From Podarcis tiliguerta (taxonomy: Eukaryota): a stretch of 64,000 bases of DNA. The notes beneath the pieces were generated by a model. It worked only from the letters and a program-made list of their open reading frames with translations. It searched no databases and was not told the origin of the DNA. Both the position numbers and the translations under genes were made by a program. The number at the start of each line of letters is the position of its first letter. Positions within the stretch are counted from its first letter, which is position 1. Shown one piece after another: positions 12,991 through 26,741 of this stretch. Location of the stretch: the NCBI GenBank assembly GCA_965153285.1, contig OZ229110.1, one strand, 5' to 3'.

Positions 12991-13353
12991 AATCCAGATT
13001 TAAAATGTGCTAAGCTACAATACCCATATTTATGAATAACGTGGGGATGATTTACTCTCTAGTGCTAGAAGGGTTGCACAAAGTGATCTAAACTAAATAT
13101 AGGCTCCGTAGCTCTTTTTTTGGTGGGGGGGGGGGAGGCAGGAGGAAAATCTTCATTTTAGTTGATAATATAAGTTTGATTGACAATAACAGAACTTGCT
13201 TCATTCCTTGCATGCTTTCAAAATGTTACATAACTGCATCTGATAAACTCTGGCTACCATAAACGTTAGACTACAGTGGATGAATAGGAAAACCCTGAGT
13301 ATCAGACAAACACACACAAGTCTGTCTGCTCTTCCAGAAAATGCTTTCCAAAT

Positions 13354-13487
13354 TAGGGTTGTCATACATCTGGATTTTTCCAGACATATTTCCGGAATAC
13401 TGCAGTCGGCAGCAGTGTCCGTGTGGAAATAGGGAAAATCCTGGCAGCCCATGTTGGCAGTTCACTGTTTGAAATATGGCAACCCTA
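13354..13487. mobile_element. Short non-autonomous DNA transposon
   Basis: TIRs tagggttgtcata / tatggcaacccta; no clear TSD. Confidence 0.6.
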
Positions 13488-15633
13488 TGAATGCTTTAAG
13501 TTTTAAAAATGAGGACCCATGCAGAGGTAATGCTACTGAGGATTAGAGGAATTGGGAATAGGATGCAGGGCCACACTTTCTTTCCCTCCTCTTTCAGACA
13601 CTAATTCTCACTACCTTCAACTAGCTGCTTTGTCTGTCTTCTGTTAAAACTAAGAATATTACCAAGCTTCCATTTGGAAGTATGATTGGTAGCATCTCCA
13701 GAATGTAAAACAACAACACCTTAAACAATTCTTCCATACAATTAAATCAATTGTAAGGAAATCCTTTCCATAGCTTGCAGAAAACTAGAGGTGGAAATAA
13801 CAATCACAACATAATCAAATTCAGGAAAGTAAATAAAAATAAAAATAAAAATCATTTTGCTTCAGTCACCTCAAATCCTTAATTATACAAGCATTCTAGT
13901 TAAAATAATAATAATAATTAAAGACTGTTAACATGATTTTAAACCACAATGATAGTCATTCAGCACAGGTTTAACAGATTATAATATTTCTGAAATAATG
14001 TGAAAGAAACCAATGGTAGCTAATACAACAGCATTCAAAATAATAAAGGCCCACACCGGTTAAGAGTTATAAAAATGGACCACATTAAGTACTGTACTGG
14101 TTTCCTGTACTCCCCCTCAGCTGCTCTTCCATGCACAAGGCGACTGAAAGCTTTAATTTTTAAATAAACTAGACTTTACAATTACATTCATACTTGGGAA
14201 ACTCTTGTGTCTTTCAATGGTGGTTGGTTCAAACAAATGAGGATTAGAACCACTGTTTGATCCTGGATTGTTTACATTAAACATTGTTAGAATAAATAAT
14301 AGTTTCCCAAGTTTCAATGTAACCGGAAATGGTGGTTAGTTCAGAGTTTCACTGCTTTCAATCTCCTTCACACATGCACTAAGGAGAAGAAGGTACTGTT
14401 TATTGGTACAGTTTGTTCACAAAACACTAAAGCATAGCTTGTTATATCTGAACTGGGCCAAAGTTTGATCTAGGCAAATGAAAGAAAGGAAAATAAAACC
14501 ATGGATTTGAAGGAGCTGAAAAAAGGAGAAGGCGACTTAAAATGGATTTTGATGAATAAGCTAAAATGAACGAAAAATATCTCTTCCATGGCCACTAAGA
14601 CCTGGTGACTAATGTCTGGGACCAGGAATCAGATTCATTTTCACAGGATGACAGAGATGAGGACTCTAAAACTGAAGGCGAAGGACATGCGGGACCAGCT
14701 CCAGAAGTGCTGCTATCAGATGAACGTGTGGAGCCAGTGCCCACTCCCAAGGATGTGGTATTACATGTCAAGGAGGGGGTCACTTTCCCAAGTCCTCCCT
14801 CCAAGCTGTTAATCAATCAATCAATCAATCAATCACACGCAAGCACCTAACGGGTTACCAGGTTTTATTGACTTCTTCTCTGGCACCAGCTACACAACAT
14901 CAAACAGCAAGTCTAAAACATGGCCTGTTCTTTCTCTCCCCCAGCAGGTTAACTCATAGATTTATAGGGTCTGGGGGATGTTGGCAAATAGCCAGCCCCA
15001 TCACATGCTCCCATTCTGCCTGAGGGGCCCCATCCAGCAGTACTTGCTCACAGGATCGCTACTTCACGACACTACTGTCCTCTGACTCTGAGGATTCTAC
15101 TGCGGAAGGCTGAGGACCCTCCACTCTGTTGCAGTAGGCAATTACTAGAAAAGACTGGGTCCGATTAAGTCAAGCAGTATAGACAGTGTCTACAATTAGG
15201 TGGCACCTGCTGCTGCTACTGCTATATAAGGGCTCAGTTTCAACTTGTGCTGGAGCAACTTCAGAGCTCTGTGTTTTCCAGAGCCTTGCCTCCAGTCTGA
15301 ACCCTGTGCTCCCTTGCACTCTGGTTATGCCTTGCTAAAGAACAGGAAAACCAACAGCACACTCCTAATTATACATTTATGCTATGTATTTTTGTGTTTT
15401 TATACTTTGATCCTCACCTCAGATGAAGGGTGGTATATATATATTTTTTTGTCTACTCAAAAGAGGTCCTTTTGAATTCACGGGGGGGTGGGGTTACTCC
15501 TAGGTAAGTGGGGTAATGATTGCAGTCTTAGTGAAATTCTTGGCTGGAGATGCATTCTAACTGGAAGATAGGCTAGGCTGATAGCATTTGGTTACGAACA
15601 CTAAATGAGCTTCATGGCTGAGCAGAGGTTAAA

Positions 15634-15993
15634 GGGTAAAGGACCCCTGACAGTTAAGTCCAGTCATGGACGACTCTGGGGTTACGGCGCTCATCTCATT
15701 TTACTGGCCAAGGGAGCCGACGTTTGTCTGCAGACAGTTTCCGGGTCATGTGGCCAGCATGACTAAGCCACTTCTGGTGAAACCAGAGCAGCGCACAGAA
15801 ATGCCGTTTGCCTTCCCGCCCGAGCGGTACCCATTTATCTACTTGCACTTTGACGTGCTTTTGAACTGCTAGGTTGGCAGGAGCTGGGACCAAGTAACGG
15901 GAACTCACCCTGCCATGGGGATTCGAACCGCCGACCTTCGGATTGGCAAGCCCTAGGCTCAGTGGTTTAGACCACAGCGCCACCTGCATCCTT
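15634..15993 (-). mobile_element. Sauria SINE, different subfamily
   Basis: Full length. 16-bp TSD ctgagcagaggttaaa at 15618-15633 and 15994-16009. Confidence 0.92.
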
Positions 15994-18630
15994 CTGAGCA
16001 GAGGTTAAATGGACCCAAAAACCAATGAAACCAACAACACTGAAGCATACAGCTTCTCCCTGCTAACCTTCACTTGTTAGAATGAAAATGTGTCCCACTT
16101 ACAACTCATCACCTGTATCTTCCTAAGCACACTTTCTGGATTCTACAAAATACTGAAGAATAATTCTGCATGACACTGTAATCAGGTCACATAAAAATTT
16201 GGTTTAGTTTTTACTTTATAATTTATTATGTTCTAGTCTGCAGCAGTACAGCTGTCTGTTAGAAAGATGAAGTGACTGAAGAGAAATGTTTTAAATATCC
16301 TGTTTAAAACCCCCTGTATATTGTTCTATAGGATTTTTACAGGGGTGTAATTTTTCAACAATGTTACATCTTAATGCTGACTTCCTGAAGAAGCTTTGAC
16401 TACAATAGGCATGAATGTGTTTTCAAAGGATGATGGATAAATTGCTGGGTGGTAATATAATATATCTTAGGCAGCTGATGGGGCTTTTTTATGTTCTACG
16501 TGTCTTTTAGTTACACAGTTTTAACATAATTATGGTCTATAAAACCATCTCTTCCCTCTCCTAGAACCAGCAATATTTGTCTTGGTTATAGGATCAAGAA
16601 ACTCCCAATCACACATCATAAAATTAAAACAGGTCAATTCAAAAATTTCTACAGTGAATCATATGTATAAATTGTCTTAGCTTGTTATTAGTCACCCATA
16701 TACTGGATTAGTTGCAAGCTGATGATATGCTGTTAAGGAGCAATGGTTTATTGGGATGGAGTGACAGTAAGTAACATTGGAACATTTTCAAACCTACTGT
16801 CTAATAAAACCCAGATTATTGAGATAAGGGTAGATCAAACCAAAAGCCCATCTCATTCTTTTCTTATAGTGGGAAGCCAGATGCCCATGGGAAGTCCATA
16901 TGCAGGTTATGAGCACAAGACAACTCTTCTGATTGTGTTTCCCAGCAACTTGCATTTGGAGACTTAAATCCTCTGATACCACCAGTTTGACCACAGCCAT
17001 GGAAAGAGTTATCTTCTGTGAAAGATCATAGCATAACATATGAAATCAACCCTTAATGTGCTCAATGAATGTCTGATACACATGTCACTCTTTTGTTCAT
17101 GTTTAAGAGTATTAATTCAAGAAAAAAGCCCAATGAGGACACAAAAGTGAAGGTGAATTTACATTTCATAACAGATATTCAACAAAACATTTCCCTCTCA
17201 ACAGTGCAACCCTACAATTAGGCAGAGAGATGTAGGAGCCTCAGGCCATAGATGTGAGGGTGGAAGGAATAGGAATGAGAATGAAATGTTGTAGGACAGA
17301 GCTGTGTTTGCTATGAAGTCTGCCATACACTCCATGCGTTAGTCTGCTGTCCTTAGGTGTAATAGAGCACAGTGACCCATTATCAGCGTTTAAGTATGAT
17401 TCAGCTGCCAGTCTGATCATCCTCTGTATGTTGAATCTACTAGGGCACCATCTTGTCCTTTACCTCAAACAACGAAAGATCACAGCTAGAGCCTATCACT
17501 CAAACTTTCTGGATGCGGCGCTGGGGTTGTTAGATCCAGACCTTCCCCTATTGTCCTCCTAGCTACTAGTCTCAATCTCCATTGAGGTAAAGCTTCCCAG
17601 CTCTGATCCTCTATATTCTCTTCTTTCTCATTTTTCCTCTTTCTCTTCCTCCTTGTTCCCTTTTTCCAAGCCTTCACCTCTTGCTTCCTTACTCAGCCTC
17701 CTCCAGCCTTTTCTCTGCTTTGCTAATCTATCTACTGACTCATTATTCTATGGCCTCTTGGAGACTTGTGTCTGCTGCACAGCTAGCTGTCACATTATCT
17801 TTTAGCCAGATGTACTCACCAGTGTTGTCTGTGCTGCTGCCCCGACCTCTTTAAGGTAGGTTGTGGGGCCAACATAAATCAATGAATATCCAAATCCTAA
17901 GGCTCAGGCGATAAAGGCTAGGAAGAACAACGAGTACAAAAGCTACTTTTCATAGTTTGCTACATAATACTATATTTTTTAAAGACTTTTAAAATAAAGT
18001 CTTATTGTGGAGTATTGATATAATGTGTTGATATTAAGTGTATTTGATATTTTCAACTTCTGGCAACTGAAGTTTTTATATATGTATTTATATATGGTTA
18101 GTTTCAGTTATTTCTAAAGCTAGGCCCCACAACAATAACACAACACAACAATATAAAATGGCAAACTATTTCATAACACTGGCGCACACTACTCTGTGTG
18201 TACCACCAACCCATGCTTCATAAAAAATGGCATTCAGGCTCCTGTTTGGTCAATCACATTGGTACCTAGTATGAGAAGTACAAGCACTTCAAACTCAAGA
18301 TGTGATGTCATTTTACTACTTTTCTTTGACCCATTTTTCCAATACAATCTCCCCCCCCCCAAGTTTCTCTGAATCACTATAATTACTGAATTTAATCAAG
18401 GTACAGGTAACGTATTCAGGAAGATTTTAGGTAATTAATAATGCTATACTCTCCTGACACATACACTACTTTTTACATGGAGGGAGTAGGCAAGGCATGG
18501 TTGGTATGGTAACACACAAGTCCTTTACTAACAGGGCATAGGAATGTTCGCCAGCTTTAGGGTTGCTTTTAGCACCATCTAGATTAGAAGATATTAAGCA
18601 ATAATTACATGGATGTTGTTGTTTTTTTAC

Positions 18631-18752
18631 CTTTAAAATATCAGCAGGCTCCTCTTTATCTGAAGCAACAAATAAATGATGTCCACAGACTATTCCCTCT
18701 GAAAGGAAATGCTTGAACAACAGATTGGAATAAATACCGTATACATCTTCCT
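18631..18752 (-). CDS. ELP4: ELP4 coding exon 3 (122 nt)
   Basis: Acceptor ttttcacag|, donor |gtaaaa. Reads (E)[40 protein letters not shown]. Confidence 0.95.
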
Positions 18753-20199
18753 CTGTGAAAAAACAAAGCAAACACATTATTAGCATGACAAGCCACATTT
18801 GGTGGTGTGGAAGAAACATAGATAGGGCAAAAGAGACCACAACTATGCACCGTCAGTGCCTCTACCATTGGGCTTATACTGTTCCATATGTATTCACAGG
18901 ACTGCAGGGGCCCCCAAAAGATAGCCCAAGCGGATAGATAGATCCACTCTTAGAGAATCATGTGTCATAAGCCTTTCTTTTAGGCCAGTCTAGAAAAGGC
19001 ACATCTCTGAAAATATGAGAGACTTGACAGCAGCAGCTCTGCCACCACCACATTGTGCATAACCATTAGCAGGATGCCATTTTCACAACTTCCATTGCTA
19101 TCAAAGAAGCTCTTTAGAACATTATTAGAGATATGAAATTACAGTTTAACCAGTTGTGGCTTTTAGTGATTAAGAAGGAGTGTTACTCCTGCTGCAATCT
19201 TCATTGGCTTCAGAAATTTCCAGAATTTGCTATGTTATTACAAAGAAAAATATTTGATTTATTTATTTCAGTAGAGAAATAAATGTGAAATCTTAACCAT
19301 CATAACAGTACTGAGCTCTTATCAGCATCCTTAAGCATTGTGTTGAATAAACTATACATATATCCATATAGCTGTGAATCATAGGATCTGCTATAAATAT
19401 AATAGGGGAAAACCTAAATAAAAATAGTCTGCTGTGTTCCTTCAAGGAGTATGGGATCATGTAAAAGCCTTCCTAAACTAGTCAAAGGTGACACCATGTA
19501 CTCTTGCTCTCATGCTGAAAGCTGACCTATCATCACCTTTAGACCTCAGCATTCTAAATTCTGAAGCAGTGGCTTCCCTAAACATTGCCATTTGTATCAA
19601 TTCAGATTGTTAGAAATTTCTTTATCTACAAAGAGAAAGAATCCTTCTGCATCTTTAAAGGTGCATGGGGACTTCAACTTTAAGAATTCAACTGTAAGAG
19701 ATATTAAATATTAAAATCTGACATAAGGGGATCTGAACCAACATTTATATTTTGGTGCTTTGCTTAGGGTTCAGACATGTAGGCTGCAGGCAACTTTAGG
19801 CTACTTTAGAAGTAAGAGAAATGGATTAGATACCAGCTGTGACCTGAAGTACCGCCATAGTAATGGATGTTCCACTTTAGCCAATTTTTACCAGTACAAC
19901 AAAACTTTTGGATGTGGTAATAAATTAAATGGATTTTAGAACTGAAGGCCTGATTTTACTGAAATTATTATGCTGATATTTGATGATTACTCACATGCCT
20001 TAATTTTGTTTTTGTTTAGAGTTCTTACTTCTAGATTGCAGTAAGGATTTTAAACTTTCTCTTTAAAAAAGAACAACCTATCTTAATTTTTCAAAATACA
20101 GAGTATATTGTTGGCATCACATAGCCACAAAAAATAAGTCAAATGTTTAGTTTAATTAAGGAACTAGTATAGTACAATCCTGTGGATGTCTACTTAGAA

Positions 20200-20535
20200 C
20201 AGGGGGCAGAGAACCTCAGACACACCACGTCACGCCCCCCAAGTGCCGGAGCATGAAGCTCCGCCACTGGCTCAGGTAACACCCCTCCCCAGGCTAGCCT
20301 TTTCTGGCCCTGCTCAATTATTTTTCCTGGCTTGCCTGTTTCCTGAATGATGATAATGTATGTTGCTTGCCTGGATGGATGCGCGTCTGCATGGCTGGAA
20401 TGTAGCCTATTATACAACAGCAAAAATAACCCACATTTGCCTAGATCTATGCCCACCACTGGCATGCAGCCCCCAGAAAGTTGCCCATGAGGGAATATGG
20501 TCTTTCAGCTAAAAAAAATAAAATCCCAACCCATG
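20200..20535. mobile_element. hAT (Charlie-like) MITE inserted in a short palindromic element
   Basis: Starts cagggg, ends cccatg; TSD acttagaa / atttagaa (7/8). Confidence 0.65.
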
Positions 20536-20697
20536 ATTTAGAAGCAAGTCCCATCAAGTTCAATAGGACTTACTCCCAGGTAGGTGTGTACAGGACTGAA
20601 GCTTTAAACTGCTGAAGTGACCATTGTCCCTTAGGCTTCACTTCCCCATTCCTAGAAAAAAACAGGAACAAATGAAGTACCCTGTTAGATAATTCTA

Positions 20698-20832
20698 GTT
20701 ACAGGTAGGTAGCCGTGTTGGTCTGCCATAGTCGAAACAAAATAACTCCCCCCCCCCCTTCCAGTAGCACCTTAGAGACCAACTAAGTAAGTTATTGGTA
20801 TGAGCTTTCGTGTGCATGCACCCTTCTTCAGA
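20698..20832 (-). mobile_element. Penelope-like (Neptune-type) terminal-repeat fragment with a decayed hammerhead motif
   Basis: The run gtagccgtgttggtctg...gcaccttagagaccaac...gagctttcgtg...cttcttcag resembles reptile Penelope pLTRs. The minus strand reads CTGAAGA-A-GGGTG-CATG-CACAC-GAAAGCTC. Confidence 0.7.
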
Positions 20833-21469
20833 AACACATTATCTCATTGGATACACATTATTGGAGACACATTATCCCATTGGATAAGACTAAGATGCCA
20901 TCTAGTCCAGCATCCTATTTCCAATAGCGGCTGTGTAGACAGTTCTGAGGACATACAAAGGATGAAGGCCATAGCCCTCTTTGTTTGTTTGTTCCAAAGC
21001 AACTGGTATTCAGAGGCATATTGTCTCCGAACATGAAGGTTCCCTTCAACTACCATGAGTATTAACAATGATATTTATTGTTGTTATGAATAATAATAAT
21101 ACTGTGATTCATTACCTACCCTTCACCATAAGACCCCAAGGCAGGTTATACCAATTTAAAATACAACATAGAATCATAGAACTGCAGAGTTGGAAGGGAC
21201 TCCAAGGACCATCTAGTTCAACCCCATTGCAATGCAGGAATCTCAACATATGGTCCCCAATCCAATTTAAAACCATACTGGGCCCTGCCTAGCTTTGCAA
21301 ATGTGCTAGCAGTTTTATTGCTGCACTGCTAGCATTAAAAACAGTTTAAAACAAATTAGCATGCAACAAAAACCATAAAATGAAAGTGCCAGATGCACCT
21401 AAGTTGTGGGGAGGGAATCCCACAACTTAGAGGCTGTCACAGAGAATGTCCTCATCTAGGTCATTACTA

Positions 21470-21662
21470 TTTTTATTAATTAATTTATTGTGTTTTTATC
21501 CTACTTTTCCCCCTAACGAATTTGAGTTGTCATACCTGGTTCTCCTCTAAGAACAGTGGCTGGCCCAGGGTCACCCAGTGAGCTTCATGGCTGAGTGGGG
21601 ATTTGAAACCTGGTCTCTCCCAGGTCCTAGTCTAATACTCTAACCACTACACCATGCTGGCT
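21470..21662 (-). mobile_element. tRNA-derived squamate SINE (Squam3/MIR-like)
   Basis: gggtcacccagtgagcttcatggctgagtggggatttgaa...ctctaaccactacacca is the reverse of a tRNA-like A/B-box head. Confidence 0.7.
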
Positions 21663-21768
21663 GGCTACCAAAACCTGAGAGAGTAGTGAAACTACCATGA
21701 GGGTTCTCTCTGTTGATCTTAACACCAGTCCCAAGAGGTTCTATAGAAAAAGAAGCAATCATTTAGGG

Positions 21769-21997
21769 CAGGGGTCAGCAAATTTTTAAAGCAAGGGGCT
21801 GGTCCACTGTTCCTCAGTCCTTGGGGGGGGGGGGAGAACGAATTCCTGTGCCCCACAAATAACCCAGAGATGCATTTTAAATAAAAGGACACATTCTACT
21901 CATTTAAAAATATGCTGATTCCTGGAACGTCCATGGGCTGGACTTAGAAGGCGATTGGGCTGGATCCGGCCCCCAGGCCTTAGTTTGCATACTCATG
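21769..21997. mobile_element. hAT (Charlie-like) MITE
   Basis: Ends caggggtcagcaaa / tttgcatactcatg; TSD atttaggg / acttaggg (7/8). Confidence 0.7.
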
Positions 21998-24900
21998 ACT
22001 TAGGGCTCTAAACACTAAAGTGAACACTTTGAATAGGGCCCAGAAACAAAACTGGTAATGCACCTGTTTTAAAATGAAACCCCAGCTAGAAATCTGGGGC
22101 AACTCTGTGCAGATTGCAATAATCCAATCTGGAAGTTACCAGAGCATGGAGTGCAGTTGTTTCTGTCTAAAAGGAGTTGTAGCTAGTAAACCAGCCATAG
22201 GTGCGAAAAGGCACCTATGACTATATATATAACGACTGCAGCCACCTGAGCCTCCACTGAGCTCATACAAGCTATGAAAGTGTTCCTTCCAGAGGAATCT
22301 AAGAACATACAGTGTCCTCACCTCCAGGACTTGAGAACTTGGATACAAAACATCTCTGTATTTTCAGGATCCAGCTTTAATTCATTGGCCTTTATCCAGC
22401 TCATCACGGCCTCCAAGCACTCATCTTATACATCAACCACCTCTCTTGATTTATATAGAAGAAAGAGAAAGAGCTGAATATAATATGCACTCCAGTTCTC
22501 TTGATTCAGCTTCATATAAATGTCATCAACCAGAGTGACCAAAGCAGTTTCAGGGCCATGACTGGGTCTGAAGCCAGTCTGGAATGGCTCCAGATAATCA
22601 GTTTCCTCCAAGTATGCCTGGAGCTGGACCACCACACTCTCTCTTGCCCCAAAAGCTGATGTTCACCACTGAACAATAGCTGTTGAACAGTTCTTGATCC
22701 AAGGAGGGGGACACACCACCATATCCTTGTAGGTGGATGGTACCACCTGCTCCAGTGCAGCATTGATCACTCCCTGGATCCACCCCCTACAGTTAGCTCT
22801 AAGAAATGTGCAGGTAGTTGGCCACACTTCCTCAAGCTGCCTGCCCACATCCTCAGGACACAACAATTGAAACTAATCCAGCACAGATGGAACAGACAGG
22901 TGTTAAGAAACCTGCCCATTAATTTTGTGTATAATTAAATCCCCACTCAACCAGTAATCCCACTGGGGATCTATTGGCCTAAGATACCTTACAGGGTTGT
23001 TGTGCTGCACACTGTCCTGAGCTTCAAGGAAGGTCTGAATAAGAATGCACTAAATAAATAATCAGTGTTTGTTGTAGAAAAAAAATCTGATTCCAGCATT
23101 TCAACATGAAATGATACTCTGATTAGTAATGGGACATGGCTGCAAATTTTTTTATTAGTTAAGATAGAGCTATTTGTTTCTATTAGCTCAATAATTTTGA
23201 TACTGATAATCATCAATAACAATTAGTTGAAAGAAAAATATTTCAGCTGAGGTTTATATAAACACCGTGCAATTGGTCTCAAACAATACTGAAGCAATAA
23301 CATTTGCTATGTTACTAAAAGAGCCAGGCTGCATTTTATAGCTCACATTTGTAATGTTAGGTTTTCAAGTTTTCCAAAAGAACAAGGAGCTGTAAGAAAA
23401 TAAGTGTTTTGGTTCCTCTAATGCTAAACTTTCAGTGAGAGTAAACAGTGAGCAACCTAAATACAGAACACCTCACTGCCTGCTACAGTGCTCAAAGGAT
23501 TTAATGTGTTTCAGAAAACCTTCACAAACAATGTATCTTGGATGGTTAGAGTCAATGCTTCTCTAAGAATCCTTCAGTTATTCAATTTGTCACATAGAGA
23601 ATAGCTTTTTTTATTGATTCATTTCTAGGTCACTAAACTTTTGTTTATTCAAAAGATCTAAAGTGCACTCATATGGGGCTATTCTGATAGCAGCCATTGT
23701 TCCCAGCTTCAGTACTTATGTTACTATTCAAAGCCTACACAGCCTGGACCATTCTCCCCACCCCCCACCCCGCATCCCATTGTTTGCTACAGGTATTTTG
23801 ACACCACAGAAATTAGCTCCTGCATTTTCCTACCATACAATAGAAGTAACAATCAGAAAGTGAAGCATGTTCTTATTTATACAATATATCCTTGTGAAAA
23901 AGCAAGCTGCATGGGAACACAAACTCAGAAAGCTGATACATTTTTTTGAGCAAAAATTCCACAAATCCGTTAAGGCTAGTGTAGGCAATGTGGCATCCTC
24001 CAGATGTTGTTAGACTCCAACTCCTATCAACCCCAGGAAGCAGGACCATGGTCAAGTATGACGGCAACTGAAGCCCTACAACAGGGGCAGGGGCACCATG
24101 TCAGTTACTCCTGTAACCCATGATACTTGCCATATAGCTCCACCTTCTTGTGGTTTTGATTAGGACTTAATACCCAGCACATGTATACCCAGTGGCAACT
24201 TCTCATTAAGAGGGTAAAGGAAGCAGTCTCCCAAAGTCAATGCTCATGCTCTGGATGCACATTAGCACTTCTGTAATACTTGCCATAGATCTGACTGGCT
24301 GAGAAGAAACTTCCATGCTACAGTTTTGTCCCTTAATGTTTTTAAAAACTGGTTTTCATGTGAATTGTCCCTCTACCACGTAACAAGAAGCTCCAAGGGC
24401 ATGGGACATTTTAAAACAGAACCAACAGAACTGATTTTAAGTATCTTTTTAGACAAATACACATTCCTTTCTATTTCAGCTATTTATACACGGCTTAAGC
24501 ATGGTACCTAGAAATTATAAAACTTCTATGGTAGATAAATTCAGTTAACATTACTCATGAAAACAGGAAACTTTCTTAAAATGACAACTGAAATAGAAAG
24601 AGCCTCATCAAGCACCTGAAGTTCCATAGAATTAGGCCCATAATACTGAATGCACAGCCCACAGCCATGTAGTTAAGTCACAGGGAACCAATAACAGAGG
24701 ATTTCGGTGGTTGGGCAGGGTTACAAGGAATCAGGCAGCACTAAGGGTATCCTGGACCCAAGTTGTTAACGGCATTGTAAAAGAATACAAGAACCCAGAA
24801 CTTGACCTGCTAACATGGACAGCCAGTGCAAGCTTTTAAGCCTATCCCCACCAACAGTCTAACCACAGCCTTTCACAGCAGCTGGAGCTTTTGGACCAGG

Positions 24901-26741
24901 CCCAAGGGTAGTCCCACATTGCAAAAACCAAGAGGAGGTTTCAATAACCAAGTTTTGAGGTTACCAGTACATTAATCACTATGGTCAAGAATGGCCATTG
25001 TTGGCATACCAACTAGTAAAAGGCAGGCCTGTCCACTGAGGTTACCAGAGACTTGAGTAACATCCAGGATCACCCCACAAACTACAAACCTGTTACTTCA
25101 GAAGGGGTGCAATCCAGTTCCGAATATGCAACTGGCTCAGTTTATTATTATTATAGAGGTTCTTAATCTATTTAGAAGCTATATTAGAAGCTGAAAAAAA
25201 TAAGGAGACTAAACTAAACGCTATAATTGGTGCAGGAGCAGGAAAACAAGTCACTGTTAGTCTGTTGTATCTACTCACAGTTTAAGTAAATTATGTGAGA
25301 ATTAAGTACAGGATCTCCAATATATCTATTTTAATTTATATGCCTCTTTTCAGAGCATGATTTTATAAACAGATAATGCTGAATTACACACAATACAGAA
25401 CAACAAATGTGAGTACTTAACAGTTTTTAAATTATCGGTACTATCATTAGAAGCCCCTAAACATAACAAGCTCTGAAAGCTATGGTTGAGGAGAATTGAA
25501 TGCAGTATATCTGCAAATATGACAGTCTGTAGTGCAGATAGTCTAGACAGGTTGCCCTAGAGCTGCTGAGAATCTGTCACAACCCATCATTATTAATTTA
25601 TTAAATCATCAGCATTCATAGTACTATAGTCTAATAGTATGACCTAAGGTGAGCATTTCCTAAGTTATAGAACATCTTACCTAAAGTGCTGTAGGTAACA
25701 TGATAAGACTATTTTAATCATTCCCACCATCTAAAATTCCATCTAAAATATTTTGCTAATGTCCATAGTAGTTATTAAGCTCAGGGGAGGTTAGTCTGTC
25801 TCACTTGTTTTTAATTAGCACATGCCAAAACAAAGTTAGCAAACATATATGTTACAATACTTGGCACACTGCCATTCAGCAGGAAGGTAAATTTTGACAA
25901 GTTATATTTTGTATAATTATATTTAGCAAATCACTGTTTTGTACTTTCTAGAGATTACCTTTTTCAACTTTCAAAAAGGTGATAAAGTCAATTATGTTGA
26001 CAAGTGATGAGTACCCTTAATAGGCAGGTTAGATTGCATACCTAAAACAAAAAAATGGTAGCTAATTAAAATAGCTGAAATTGCTCCAAGGCTTAGACTG
26101 AACAAGAATGGTCCTGCCTTTAGTCAAGTTTTAGCTTTATAAAAACTTGGCCTCTGCTACTAAACAAAACCCTTTTGTAACCTAACCTTTTAAAATTTTG
26201 ACCTCCCAATTAAAAGACACACAAAAATTCACTTAAATTTGTTATGCAAGGTTTTCCTACTGGAATGCAGTTTCAATTTAGGAAATTTGCATATTCAATA
26301 AAATACGTAATAATTTTGAAATAAAATATAAAACTATATGGTTATTTAGGCTGCCAAAGTATCTGTAGGTAAAACATGATAAAAACAAATACTGGCAGCT
26401 GTGTATTAATACAGTAAAAATGAAGTTTTACTTTCAGCTCTGTGATAACGCTGTCACAGAGTATGGAAAAAGTAAAACTAGAATAACTATTTAAAATCAA
26501 AGAATCTTTGTTTTATCAAAAAACAAAGGCAGAAGAAAAAAGTACACAATTTTCCTATTGTTTGTAATCTGTGGCCTAGCAAGGATGGCCTCCTGAACAC
26601 GCCCTTCTTTTATCAAATACTAGTATGGTGGGGAAAACATACAAAGAGATTCTAGGCAATTATTTTTCAACTCTGAAATGGTCACAGTCCAAAAGTTTCT
26701 AAAGCAACACAAGGTTGAGTCTTATGGTCTGGTGTGTCTTA

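Larger units (their letters stand above)
21390..22900 (-). mobile_element. Degenerate L2 LINE (RT region) with nested SINE and MITE
   Basis: Minus-strand peptide QLQAYLEETDYLEPFQTGFRPSHGPETALVTLVDD (L2 RT motif Q-x-GFR..H..ETAL). Confidence 0.75.
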
